Positions 50,024 to 61,300 of a stretch of 64,000 bases of DNA are shown here, in pieces (the first letter of the stretch is position 1; each line of letters begins with the position of its first letter). The notes beneath the pieces are model-generated. The model did not search any database and was not told the DNA's origin. It saw only the letters and a list, made by a program, of their open reading frames with translations. The position numbers and the translations under genes were made by a program. The DNA comes from Promethearchaeota archaeon (GTDB lineage: Archaea; Asgardarchaeota; Lokiarchaeia; Sigyniarchaeales; SOKP01). The DNA lies in contig JBHLNF010000009.1 of assembly GCA_048937405.1 (NCBI GenBank), positions 96,001 through 160,000 on the forward strand, read 5' to 3'.

Positions 50024-50704
50024 TTAAAATATGTAATTATCCCCAACACAGACTCGCTTAAATTGATACGGATATTTTTCCTTTATAAGATTGTAATATT
50101 GTGAACAATGACAGGCCCCAATAAAATCAATATCTTCTAAATAAAATAAATCTTTAAAACCATGAAATCCCCCTATTATTGCTTTAATTCTGGAAATATT
50201 CTGAGTTTTTATGATAAATTTTTCTAGACCCGGATGTGCACAACCAACTAATACAACAAATTCATTATCCTCAGTTTTTAGAAAAACTGATTGCTCTGGG
50301 ATAAAACTTCCTTTGATTTGTCCTGAAATAAAGAGATTTTTTTCAATTTCGATCATTTCTGAACTCCCATAGATTTGATTATTTGGAAATGCATCTGAAA
50401 ACCCTTTTTCCTCATCATTTGGAACATAAACCTTGATATTCGAATTAATTTGTAATATATTTACTAAACCACCTGTATGATCAAAATGGGCGTGGGAAAT
50501 AACTATGTTGCTTATAGCTGAAATTTCAACATTGAATTTTTTAATATTATGGATTAGAATATCTCCATTTCCTCCAGTATCAAATAAGGTAAAATTTTCT
50601 GTGAAATAATTATATATTAACACTGAAAATCCAAAACCAGGTAAAAATTCCGGTTTGTGGCATTTATTATCAAAAACAATATAGATTTTAAATGATTGGT
50701 TCAT
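50024..50704 (-). CDS. MBL-fold metallohydrolase (methanopterin-pathway MJ0301-like class)
   Basis: FDTG, SHAHFDHTGG, EQS, GCAHPG, GGFH, CHC. Confidence 0.85.
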   Translation of the reverse strand: MNQSFKIYIVFDNKCHKPEFLPGFGFSVLIYNYFTENFTLFDTGGNGDILIHNIKKFNVEISAISNIVISHAHFDHTGGLVNILQINSNIKVYVPNDEEKGFSDAFPNNQIYGSSEMIEIEKNLFISGQIKGSFIPEQSVFLKTEDNEFVVLVGCAHPGLEKFIIKTQNISRIKAIIGGFHGFKDLFYLEDIDFIGACHCSQYYNLIKEKYPYQFKRVCVGDNYIF

Positions 50705-50906
50705 TTTTATTCAAATTTAATTTTTACTAACAATAATTCTATAGTTACTATTAGTCTAACTATAATGGAAATTTATTATATACAATGTAATCTTTCCTGT
50801 TGTACTAATCCAGCTTTCTTTAAAATTATTTAAACTATCTCAAAAGATCATAAAACTATTAAATTTAAATCCCCCTAGTTTATATATAATTTCAATTTAT
50901 TTCAGG

Positions 50907-51437
50907 TTGAGAACAAAAATTCCTTTCTATAAAATATGCATATGCGGAGACTTTAGTGTAGGCAAGACTACATTACTTCACCAATATTTGCAAAGGAGAT
51001 TTACCCCAAATGTTGGTTCGACAATCGGATCCAATTTTTTCGCAAAATATATTAGAATTCCCAATATTAAAGATACTTTTACTTTGCAGATATGGGATTT
51101 AGCAGGACAAGATCGCTATAAGTGGGTAAGACATGAATTTTACAAAGGAGCAAAGGGAATTGTATATGTTTTTGATTTAACAAGAAGGAACACCTTCGAA
51201 AATATTAAAAAATGGAAAGATGAAACTGAGAAAGTTCTTGGAAATTTATCAAGTGTACTTGTTGGAAATAAACTTGATTTAATAAATTCTGGAAATAGAA
51301 TAGTTGAAAAACGAGAAGCAGAGAGTTTAAAAAAGAACATTTCTGCCTGTGAATATTTTGAAGCTAGTGCGAAAATAGGTACTAGTGTAGAAGAATTCTT
51401 TTTGAAATTAGTATCACATATATATAAAACATCCTAA
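50907..51437 (+). CDS. Rab-like small GTPase without C-terminal prenylation Cys
   Basis: GDFSVGKT, STIGSNF, IWDLAGQDRY, FYKGA, NKLD, SAK. Confidence 0.93.
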   Translation: MRTKIPFYKICICGDFSVGKTTLLHQYLQRRFTPNVGSTIGSNFFAKYIRIPNIKDTFTLQIWDLAGQDRYKWVRHEFYKGAKGIVYVFDLTRRNTFENIKKWKDETEKVLGNLSSVLVGNKLDLINSGNRIVEKREAESLKKNISACEYFEASAKIGTSVEEFFLKLVSHIYKTS

Positions 51438-51543
51438 ATACTCTTAAAATTAAGTTATGAGAGAATTAATAGGTGAATACTTAATTTATTCATTGTTTGA
51501 ACCTTAAAAAAAACTATAAAAGTAATTAGTTCTTCGAATAAGA

Positions 51544-52380
51544 TTAAAAGAAAATAAACGATTCTAAATTAAGTAATCCAAATCCACTTTCTAATAATTC
51601 ACCCAAGCGAGAAATAAAACGGGTTGCAGGAGCTCCATCTACAACGTCATGATTAATTAAAACTGTAACTGCTAAATAGTCTCTAATTTCAATTTTTTCC
51701 TCAATTACACCTGGTTTTTTAGTTATTGCTCCAATACCAAAAGCTAGAGGGTGAGTTGTTGTTGGTATTGGCCATCCGTGAAGTTTTCCAAACATACCTA
51801 CCGAAGTAACTATGATGGTTCCCATAAGTTGCTTGATTTTTCTTGGATCTCTAAATTTATTCTTTAGAAGGAATGTTCTAATGAATTTCGGTAAAGCCAC
51901 ATATGTCTTTACATTTTTCTTCATACTGTGATTTCCTAATACTGTTGCTTCGCTAATTTTTTCAGATTGAGCTCTCCTAATTTCTTCATTGATTTGTTTA
52001 ATTGTTTTTTTATTGGTTTGTCTAATGATAAGTGGTATAGGAGTCTTTACTCCTTCAATTGTCCTCTCAATACTTACAGAAATATCAACATCCTCGAATT
52101 GGATGATCTTATTCTTTCCCATCATCATAGAATGAACTTCCTTATATTCACTAGCCGCTTGTCCAACACATTTAAGAAACCATGCAGTAAATGATATTTT
52201 TTCTCCAGTGTTCTTTTCATGTTCCTGAATTTTCTTCCTACCTTCTGTTACATCAAATTCAATTAAACCTTTTACATAATGCTTTTTTGCGCCTAATGAT
52301 AGGAAGTCTAGAGTAGGGATTCTAACTTTTGGGAATTCGATAATCTTATAGTGACCGATATTGCTTAATTCTTTCATCAT
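51544..52380 (-). CDS. Stand-alone 2-oxoacid dehydrogenase E2-type acyltransferase catalytic domain
   Basis: GTIIVTSVGMFG, NHDVVDGAPATRF; no lipoyl domain. Confidence 0.88.
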   Translation of the reverse strand: MMKELSNIGHYKIIEFPKVRIPTLDFLSLGAKKHYVKGLIEFDVTEGRKKIQEHEKNTGEKISFTAWFLKCVGQAASEYKEVHSMMMGKNKIIQFEDVDISVSIERTIEGVKTPIPLIIRQTNKKTIKQINEEIRRAQSEKISEATVLGNHSMKKNVKTYVALPKFIRTFLLKNKFRDPRKIKQLMGTIIVTSVGMFGKLHGWPIPTTTHPLAFGIGAITKKPGVIEEKIEIRDYLAVTVLINHDVVDGAPATRFISRLGELLESGFGLLNLESFIFF

Positions 52381-52641
52381 TAATGGTTTTTTTAAATTGA
52401 AATTAATTCTATGATAGTCTAGATCCTACAATTTATAAACTTGATCTAGCAAATAAATACCAATTTTTCTTATTTTATTAGTTCAATATTCTTTTCTTTC
52501 TCTATTATCAAGCATTTAAATAAATTGCCTATATAGTCGTGTTGTATCAATATAGAAAAGAAAATATTATTAGCAATTATGTTCTAAACTTTATTAGAGT
52601 TAATCAAAAAATACCTTTTTGAATAACAAAGCGATAAGATC

Positions 52642-54063
52642 ATGGATTCTGAAACAGAAGAATTACTTATAAATATAGCAAATAAAGCACATTTAGATGA
52701 GGGTATCGAGGGAATTAGATCAATACTTCTAACTATGTATCGCTTTCCTTTTCTTAAAAATAAAAAAGTATCTCAAAAAACGGGAATTGCGATTCCCGCT
52801 CTTGCGGCTGTTAGAGGTGAATTAGTAAAAGCGGGTATAATTGCAGATAAAGTTTTTCTCGGAGAGAAGGGAAAGATATGGGTTACAAAGAATTTAAATT
52901 TAACTTTCGATTATGATCCTTTTCCTAATGGAATTAATTTTGATCTAGATGATATTCCAGAAGAATTTTTATATTTAAAAGAGATAGAAAGCCATCTAAA
53001 GGAACGACCAAGAGCAGAATATGCTCTTGATCAATCACATGCAAACTTAATGACGATTTTAAAAAGAACTTTCTATTTGATTAAAAAAGGTGATATTGAA
53101 GGAAGAAAAATAATTTTTCTCGGTGATGACGACGCAACTTCGATTGCAGTCGCGTTAACTGGATTAGCAAAAGAGATCACTGTTTTAGACATCGATGAGC
53201 GAATTTTAGATTTTCTTTCCAATGTAATTTTACAAAAATCATTGAAAAATTTTAATATTGTTCACCATGATTTAAGAAATCCAAGTCCTAAAGATATTCA
53301 AAATAATTATGATGTTGTTATAATGGATCCTCCTTATACAAATGAGGGATTACGTTTATTTTTAAAGAGGGCTAAAGAAGTGCTTAAATCATACATCAAT
53401 ATTAACGGAAAATTATATCCTATAAATGGAAAGAAATGTTTTCTATGTTTTGGAAATAAACCCCCGAATGATACATTAAAAGTACAATTATCAATATTAG
53501 ATCACGGATTTATTCTCAAGGAAATGATTCCTAATTTTAATCACTATATAGGTGCAAGTATTATAGGACAATTTAGCCATCTTTATTACTTACAAACATT
53601 AACAACTTCAAGTACTCCATTTAATTATAATTATGATTCACAACCACTCTACACTTCTGAATTAAAAAATGGAAGAAATATTTCTTTTCGACCCATTGGA
53701 TATCATTTCACAGGAGAAATGCGATTTAATTCTATTGATCTACTTATGGACAATAAAGCAATATTTCAAGCATTTCTAGAATCACTTACCTCAGCATATT
53801 TAGCAATTGTTGATATTTATAATCATAATTACTATCCTTTTGGATATAGTGTGGTTGCAATATTAGAAACAAGTCATGCTGCTGTTCATACTTGGCCAGA
53901 ACATGGATATGTCAGTATAGATTATTTTATATGTGATGAATTTCAGAAGGGAATAAAAGCTCTTAAGATATTAAAACAAATACTTAACCCAAAAAACGCC
54001 AAATTCTTTTATATTGAACGTGGTAAAGAATTAACCGAAAGTTATAATCCTATTGAAATTTAA
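52642..54063 (+). CDS. bpsA: Branched-chain polyamine synthase (BpsA) fused to a C-terminal pyruvoyl AdoMet decarboxylase (SpeD)
   Basis: RP....LDQ, GDIEGRKIIFLGDDD, DIDERIL, DPPY, FNHY; then GYH...YPFGYS..ILETSHAAVHTWPEHGYVSIDYFIC...ERG. Confidence 0.85.
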   Translation: MDSETEELLINIANKAHLDEGIEGIRSILLTMYRFPFLKNKKVSQKTGIAIPALAAVRGELVKAGIIADKVFLGEKGKIWVTKNLNLTFDYDPFPNGINFDLDDIPEEFLYLKEIESHLKERPRAEYALDQSHANLMTILKRTFYLIKKGDIEGRKIIFLGDDDATSIAVALTGLAKEITVLDIDERILDFLSNVILQKSLKNFNIVHHDLRNPSPKDIQNNYDVVIMDPPYTNEGLRLFLKRAKEVLKSYININGKLYPINGKKCFLCFGNKPPNDTLKVQLSILDHGFILKEMIPNFNHYIGASIIGQFSHLYYLQTLTTSSTPFNYNYDSQPLYTSELKNGRNISFRPIGYHFTGEMRFNSIDLLMDNKAIFQAFLESLTSAYLAIVDIYNHNYYPFGYSVVAILETSHAAVHTWPEHGYVSIDYFICDEFQKGIKALKILKQILNPKNAKFFYIERGKELTESYNPIEI

Positions 54064-54132
54064 GGTTAAAGAAATAAAATTTATATTTAAGAATTAAAAA
54101 TTTTATTAGAACTCTTCAAATTTGATTTTAAA

Positions 54133-54960
54133 TTAAAGATCCTCTAATCCTTTTATATTAAGTGGTGATCGTGGAGTCGTTCTGAGATATTTTACAGCAG
54201 GATAGCCTAAGATGAATGCTCCAAGAACATGCCCTTCTATTCCTAAAATATCCAGAATTCCCGGATTTCCCGCAATTGAGCCTTGAAGTCCTCCCATCCA
54301 GCAAGTTCCTAATCCGAGACTTTCAGCCGCTAGCATACCATAAGTTATTGCTATTCCTGTATCATTTCCCCTTAAAGTCAGTAAAGTCATGTTTTTTTGA
54401 ACTGTTTCGTAATATAGTACTATTAAATGTGGTGCTCCGAAAAAAACAGGATCTCTGTTTATTGATTTATAATATTCTATCGCTTTTTCAGCGGATTCAA
54501 ATCCCCCATATAAATAAGTAGTTTTTAATACTTCAGTACTCAACTTACTTAATTTTTCTTGGTCAGAAATAATAAGATAGCGCCACATTCGATTATTAGC
54601 TCCACTGGGAGCATATCTCATTGCTTCAAAGACTTTATTTATTAATTCTTTAGGAACCTTTTTCTTCTTATAACGTCTGACTGAACGTTTTGCTCGTAAT
54701 AATTGAAAAAGTTTATCATATTCTAGAAGTGTTTCAGGCGTATCAATTCCAGGATAAACGTCAATATCATCCATATCCTTGGTTAGAATAGCATTTTCAG
54801 GACAAATCGCTATACAATGTCCACACATAATACACGGTAACATCTTCTCATTAAATCCAATATCCCCATTTTCCATGACGTAAAAAGGAGGACGTCTACA
54901 TTCTTGTAAGCAAAGTTTACACTTTGTACACTTTTCTTGATTTATACCTATTATTGACAT
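54133..54960 (-). CDS. Nitroreductase family protein with N-terminal ferredoxin
   Basis: CTKCKLCLQEC, CIMCGHCIAICP, RSVRRY, APSGAN, GLGTCW, GYP. Confidence 0.93.
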   Translation of the reverse strand: MSIIGINQEKCTKCKLCLQECRRPPFYVMENGDIGFNEKMLPCIMCGHCIAICPENAILTKDMDDIDVYPGIDTPETLLEYDKLFQLLRAKRSVRRYKKKKVPKELINKVFEAMRYAPSGANNRMWRYLIISDQEKLSKLSTEVLKTTYLYGGFESAEKAIEYYKSINRDPVFFGAPHLIVLYYETVQKNMTLLTLRGNDTGIAITYGMLAAESLGLGTCWMGGLQGSIAGNPGILDILGIEGHVLGAFILGYPAVKYLRTTPRSPLNIKGLEDL

Positions 54961-55183
54961 TTTGTTAACCTTTTTTTTTAGTTATTAAATTAATAATTTA
55001 TTAAAAGGTTGTACTCTGATGATGTTAGTTATTAAGAATTAATTATCATTATCAAAAATATTACTCCAAAAAAGATTCTCCTGTTTAAAATTTCTTTTAT
55101 TATTTTTTATAGTCTAATTCACTATCTTTTTTTCTATTTCGATAAAAAAATTTACAAACATTTATATATGAAAATGAATATTT

Positions 55184-55231
55184 TTTTTACAGTAAAAATT
55201 TTTACAGTAAAAGAAATTTTTACTAATAAAA
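55184..55231. promoter_or_regulatory. Tandem palindromic operator array (TTTTAC-N-GTAAAA)
   Basis: Copies at 55184-98 and 55199-212, degenerate copy at 55217-31, downstream of TATA tttatata 55161-68. Confidence 0.7.
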
Positions 55232-55234
55232 TAA

Positions 55235-55660
55235 GTGAGTTTTATGGCAAAAAAAGAAGAGAAGAAAAAGAAAAAACCAATGTTTGATAAAGTGGGACTT
55301 GTTTTTAGGAGTCCTGTAAGGGCAGATATTTTAAGGGAATTAGCTGAAAATCCTCAACGACCTACAGAAATTGCCGAAAATATAGGGCTTCAAAAACAAA
55401 ATATTAATTATCATTTAAATGCTTTAAAACGGGGAGGTATAGTAAAAGTTCGGAAAGAGGAATATCCCGAAGCAGAAATCCCAAAAGGAAAAGGTAAAAG
55501 GATTAATGGAGTAAGTAAAAACGGAAAGGTAAAAGTAGTTCAAGGAGTAGAACTTACTAAAAATGGTAAAGATATTGTAAATAAGTTTATAAGTCCACTT
55601 TATGAGGATAATTTGCCAAAAAAAAACGAACGTATAAAAGAAAAAAAGGAGGATGAATAA
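55235..55660 (+). CDS. ArsR-like winged-helix regulator with an extended basic wing
   Basis: SPVRADILREL..PTEIAE..KQNINYHLNALKRGGIV...LTKNG. Confidence 0.85.
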   Translation: MSFMAKKEEKKKKKPMFDKVGLVFRSPVRADILRELAENPQRPTEIAENIGLQKQNINYHLNALKRGGIVKVRKEEYPEAEIPKGKGKRINGVSKNGKVKVVQGVELTKNGKDIVNKFISPLYEDNLPKKNERIKEKKEDE

Positions 55661-55662
55661 GT

Positions 55663-56697
55663 TTGAAAAATGAAGTTATAAAAATTGTTAAAACCATATT
55701 TGAAAATCCACTAAGCTATCTTAAATTTGATATACCTCAAGTTTATAAAAATATGACAGTTATCCCCATCATTGTTCAAGATGATAAATTTATTGAATTT
55801 ATTAATATCAAAGAAGCAGAAGAACTAGAATTAATCGAAATTGTTGAAACAGAATCGGTTGGTCAATTGGAAGTTAAAAATAAAAGTGATACACAAGTAT
55901 TAATTCCATTTGGAATGACGGTTCATGGGGGAAAACAAGATAGAACCATATGGGAGCCTATTTTATTACCTGTAGGAGGAAAACAAAAGATAGTTAGTAA
56001 GAATCCAGGAACTGTTAAAGAAAAATACACAATCCCTGCTAAATGTGTGGAACAATCAAGATGGAATTATAAAAAAAATCCAGGTTTTAAATCATCAAAT
56101 ACAAGACTACATCCTAATGTTGCTTATGAAGCTATTTCAGCGGCTGGGCAAAATGCAGTATGGAATGAGATTCAATCACATAGATATGAAATGAATTACC
56201 TCCCATCTATTGCTCCTACTCAAAGTTACCTTGAAATGACAAAAGAATCTGAAAAACAAACAGGAGATCTTATTAAGCATTTTATTAATATAGAAAATCA
56301 ATGTGGAATTGCAGTGTTTATTAATGGAGAATTTATTGGCATAGAGTTTTATGCAAATCCTAATGCATGGAAAACAATGAGTAAAGATATTCTCACAGCT
56401 TTTTCCATTGAAGCATTAAGATTTATGGATAAACCTAAAAAAAGGGTTACTGAGTTTCATGATGAACTTCTAAAATTTTTACCAAAATTAAGTTTCGAAT
56501 ACACTACTAGAGAAGGAATAGCTCTTGGAAATGTAGTAGAATTTAGTTCTACGGATAATAAATGGCGCGGAATTACACTAGTACATGATAAAAATATGGC
56601 ACAATTTTACTTGGTTTCAAAACGAGGTGGTTATCAAGAGAAACCTCGTTCCAATATTCAATTCCAAACCGTAATTGATCAAAGATATCAAGTTTAA
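55663..56697 (+). CDS. ARPP-1 (DUF6569) family protein
   Basis: GGKQDRTI, IPAKCVEQSRW, QNAVW, QCGIAVFING..IEF. Confidence 0.8.
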   Translation: MKNEVIKIVKTIFENPLSYLKFDIPQVYKNMTVIPIIVQDDKFIEFINIKEAEELELIEIVETESVGQLEVKNKSDTQVLIPFGMTVHGGKQDRTIWEPILLPVGGKQKIVSKNPGTVKEKYTIPAKCVEQSRWNYKKNPGFKSSNTRLHPNVAYEAISAAGQNAVWNEIQSHRYEMNYLPSIAPTQSYLEMTKESEKQTGDLIKHFINIENQCGIAVFINGEFIGIEFYANPNAWKTMSKDILTAFSIEALRFMDKPKKRVTEFHDELLKFLPKLSFEYTTREGIALGNVVEFSSTDNKWRGITLVHDKNMAQFYLVSKRGGYQEKPRSNIQFQTVIDQRYQV

Positions 56698-56902
56698 GCA
56701 AAAATCTAAATTATATTACTTTTTTTTTATATCTTGTTTTTCGTTATGTTGATACAGAATCAAAAAACTTTAAGAATTAATAAAAAAGCTGTGTTGTATA
56801 CAATATTTGTATACTTTAAAAATGGTATAGAATAAATTAAAATTAAACTTATCAAACACTATAAATTAAAGTAGAAATATTCTATTAAAAAATTGAATTT
56901 AT

Positions 56903-58276
56903 ATGGTATATTTTCAGATTAGTCCTGTAGGATTTGATTGTGGAATAAATAAAGACGAATGTCAAAGATATCCAGATTTCTGTAAAGAGTGTGTAGAAGA
57001 ACAGCTTCATAAAATTGGTTTATACCTAGATCAAAATTTAAAGATTACAATGATTGATTCAGAAGAAAAACGTATCAAGGTATTTAAGGATTTAATCTGG
57101 CAAACCTTTTTAGATGTTCTAAACATTAAACACATTATATTAATGACAAAAGATTCAGGATTACCAATAATAGATTATCCACTTTCAGGTGCTGGTATAA
57201 ATATTGAATTATTATTAGGATTTATACAAGCAAATATAACTTTTTCTGAAACAGGGACGACAATTAATGATAATTCCAAAAGTGGAAAAGATAATCCCTT
57301 TTATGAGTTTCATTATGAGACTTTCAATATTTTACTAAAAAACAGAGAACAAATTAGGATTTGTTTAGTTTTAGATCATAAGGCTTCTGATAGTCTGAAA
57401 AATCTTGTTATTGAGTTTTTAAATGAATATGAGTCAAGATATTTTGATAAATTAGAGAGATTTATTAATACCAAGAAGCTTGAATTCGAAGATACAATTG
57501 ATTTCATAATTGACACTTTCAATATTAAATTGGTCTTTCCTATGACTCTAACCCATACATTTTTACCAAATACATTAGAAGCAATCAAAAAAAATCCTAT
57601 ACAAAAAGCTATAATCGATTTTGCTAAACAATTATTAGCTTCAAAGCACTTCTTTTTTATTATCAATTTAATTGATGAAGTTCAAAAAATTGTACATATT
57701 GAGGCTAAAAATATACTTTACGAGATATATCAACTTTTAGAACAAAATAGTATATATCCAACGACAATTGAGATAGCTGAAGATAAGGTTCTGAAATTTC
57801 ATGAATCAAATGCAACACGATTAGCCAGTAATGAGCTTATTTCTCCAATTATTGCTAATGATGATGCTATTAATGAACTGAAAAAAAAAGCTCAATCAAT
57901 GAGTGAGGAAGAAGTTAGAAAGGCAATATCTGCTTATATTAAAAAAGCTCAAACTGCTGAAAAATCTTTAATATACAAGGAAGCTCTACGAGAATATGAG
58001 AGAGCTTTATATTTAGCAACTGGTTTTGATTTTAAGGAAGAAATTGGGCGAATATCATTTTCCGTCTTAGAACTTGATAAAAAGATTAAAGAAATGGATC
58101 TTGAATATGCCTTGATTGCTGCTGAAAAAGCTGAAAAAAAGAAAGACTATATAAATGCTATTAATTACTATAAACAAGGATTAAAGATTCTTAGAGATGT
58201 CCAAGATTTCAATGGAAATGAAAATCGAATTAAAAAATTAGAAAAAAAGATTTTAAACCTCCAAAAGCATTTGTGA
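56903..58276 (+). CDS. Soluble protein: Cys cluster, longin-like domain and TPR-like tail
   Basis: IILMTKDSGLPI...LLLGFIQA; helical repeats ALREYERAL, AINYYKQGL. Confidence 0.7.
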   Translation: MVYFQISPVGFDCGINKDECQRYPDFCKECVEEQLHKIGLYLDQNLKITMIDSEEKRIKVFKDLIWQTFLDVLNIKHIILMTKDSGLPIIDYPLSGAGINIELLLGFIQANITFSETGTTINDNSKSGKDNPFYEFHYETFNILLKNREQIRICLVLDHKASDSLKNLVIEFLNEYESRYFDKLERFINTKKLEFEDTIDFIIDTFNIKLVFPMTLTHTFLPNTLEAIKKNPIQKAIIDFAKQLLASKHFFFIINLIDEVQKIVHIEAKNILYEIYQLLEQNSIYPTTIEIAEDKVLKFHESNATRLASNELISPIIANDDAINELKKKAQSMSEEEVRKAISAYIKKAQTAEKSLIYKEALREYERALYLATGFDFKEEIGRISFSVLELDKKIKEMDLEYALIAAEKAEKKKDYINAINYYKQGLKILRDVQDFNGNENRIKKLEKKILNLQKHL

Positions 58277-58355
58277 TGTGAAATTACTTAATATAACTTA
58301 TTAAAACTTTCTTGCTGGTTTATAGGATAATTATTTTCTCCGGATAGACGTGAGT

Positions 58356-61300
58356 TTAAGTCGAAGGCACTATCATTTTTTTTTCTAGAATTGATTCAAG
58401 AGCGTCTATTACTAAATCTTTATTCTTTTCATCAACCAGTTCTACTACGTCTGGTAAATAAAATTTTTGTTTGCCTTTAGATATTGAATAAATGACATTT
58501 AAAAGACGATTTTGCATTTTACTTAATTCAGCTTCTTCTTTAACTTTTGCAATATGTTGGGGGCTGTTTAATTGGTATAATTCTTTATAAGGTAAGTCAA
58601 AATATTCCTCAATAATTGAAGGCATTATTTTTTCAAATTTCGCAATATTTCCAGTCCAATTCGCTAAATCTTCTGAAAACTTTAAATCAGTTGCTAATAA
58701 AAGATTTTCTAATTGACTTACAAATCTTTCAGAAGCTTTATCTTTTAGAATGAAAATTGCTCGTAATTCTTTATAATCACCTATAAGAAATTGGAATTGG
58801 TTGAAATCAAGTTCAATTAGATTTTCAATATTTTTCGCTGTTCTTAATTTAGTATCTTCTTTTATTATTACATCTTTTCTTACAATTTCTTTACTGATAG
58901 TTGTGATTGCATGAATGAATCCAGAAAGTAATTCTTTTCTGTACTTTTCTAAGGCATAATAACTCTTTAAATATAAGTATAGACCACTTTCCCTTTGAGC
59001 AACTAAAATTGCTTCAATATTCATGAGATCTTTATATTTCTGAGTTCTTTCTAATAATTTTGATTGAAATTCTCTTTTTTTTGGTAAAATTATATAATGT
59101 CTTATACCTATAATGCTTAATATACCAACAAGAACAAATATGCCAGCAAATAATATCCAAGTTAAATAATTTGGACCTGGTTCTTTAGAGACAATGATAA
59201 TAAATGAAGTTTTAGTAGTCTTATATATATCTCCCTCAATAAATATATTAAGTGTCAATGTGTAAGTTCCTTCTTTAGTATTTTCTGGTATACTTATTTT
59301 TGCTTCATATGTTCCATTACCAGTATATTGAAATTCATTCAAATTATATTGCAAATCATAATAAGAAACATTTGCATTTTCAATAATATTTCTAGTATTA
59401 TATTCAGTAAGTTTAATAATAAGATCAGTAGATTTACCTGCAAATATTTCAAGTGAATTGTTAAAGCTAATTGTTTTAATATTAATCTCTATTTGCTGAA
59501 CTGTTATTGTAACATCACTAGAAAATTTGAAATAGTTTTCCTTTTCAGCAGTAACTATGAAATGGTGAATTCCAATAGATAATTCGCCCGGATTGAAAAT
59601 TCTAGAGTATTGCGGAATATTGTGATATAACGATTCAGAAGTATTTGAGTCATTTACCAGAACTGTAGCACCATCAATATAACTTTTTGTCATAAAATCT
59701 ATATAGCGAACTGTAATGTTTAAAGATTCATTCCAGACTATTGATATGGATCTGTCAGATGTTTTTTCAATCTGATTCAAAAAAATTTCCAAAGATGTAG
59801 ATTTTGGTAATATATTTACATTAACATTTTTAAAAGCAGTTTCATATCCAGGATGATCTACTTGAATTAGTAAAGTGTAAACATCTAACGATAAGCCTTC
59901 TGTTGAACATTCTACAATAAAACCGCTAGGCGTTAGTTCAACATCATAAAATGAAGACCATGTTATATTTAATATAGCTTCTGTAATTATTTCACTTGAA
60001 CTTTCAACCATATAATTCACTTCTAAAGAAAAATTCTCAGTAGAATGAACATCAATAAAAGATTTATTCACATTTACTATTGTAGGAATTGGATGGACTG
60101 TTAATGAAATATAAGCAGATGTCGAGCCATAATTAGTTTTATTTGCAAATACTTGAATTGTGAAAGTTTCAAGAGTACCTTGAGTAGGTACATCATAAGT
60201 TGAAAAATTGAGAATATATGTACCTTCGATAGTATCATTTAATATTTCGTATGGTTTATGCCAATCAGTTGAAATATTGGTTTTTCCAGGTATTAAAGTA
60301 TGTGTAAGTGCTCCAGTTACATTTACATTACAGATTGCATAATCGTTTGAATTAGCATTTATTACTGTACTAGGGACTTCTAATGCAAGTGGTTGTTCAA
60401 TTATTACTAAGACAATTAAGTTATTAACAGATTGATTCTCAAAATAGATTTTTGAAGCATTAAAAGAGAAAAAGTAAGACCCTATCGCTAAACTACTTGT
60501 ATCCACTTCTGCTGCGTAAATACCCGATCCAAGATAAGCCATTGTTCCAGAAATTCCACCATGTAATGTTCCATTATAAGTTACTGTTGCATAGTCAATA
60601 TATGTATTACAATCATAATCAGTGAAATTAACTTTTATTAAAAGTGGATCTCCGGATATACGCTCTATATATGAATCTACAGCTACCAGATTAGTATGAT
60701 GCCATACAATGAAATTAAAATTTGAGTATCCTACTTTATCCCTATCGATATATGATTGATTATTTGTCCATAATAGATTCACTTCATAACTGCCAATGGT
60801 CATGTTTTTTCCAACCGTAAAATCACCAAATAGAACTTCATATGAGGTTAACTCTTTGTTAGTACTCCAATATATAGTTCCATTAGGAAATTTGATGGTA
60901 CAGTTTACATAGGTATTTTCATAAGGTATTGTATCGTTTAATGTCATATTAATTTGAAAAATATCCCCTAAAGTAATGTTTGATTGTTGGATATAATGAG
61001 TTTCATTCCAAACATTAATTCCACCTTGAGTAATATAATTTCTGCTAACCGCTCTGATTTCCCATAATCCTGACGCTAATACCCCCACCGGTATTTTTAA
61101 AGTTTCAGATCCAATCCCAATACCTATACAACTATCGTTTTTTTCCACATCATATCCATCTAATATAGAAGTAATATCCCAATCACTGGGTTTTTTGATT
61201 TCAACCCAATTATTTAAATAGCCATACGGAATAGAAAAAGAGCAATCAGTTTTCCAATTAATCTGATTATCAATTTCATAAAAAGATCCATCTAATCCTC

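Noticed and set aside
48580-51437. ICMT-like genes near a Rab-like GTPase as a prenylation module
   Set aside because: The GTPase has no C-terminal Cys/CaaX, and this methyltransferase family is common in prokaryotes
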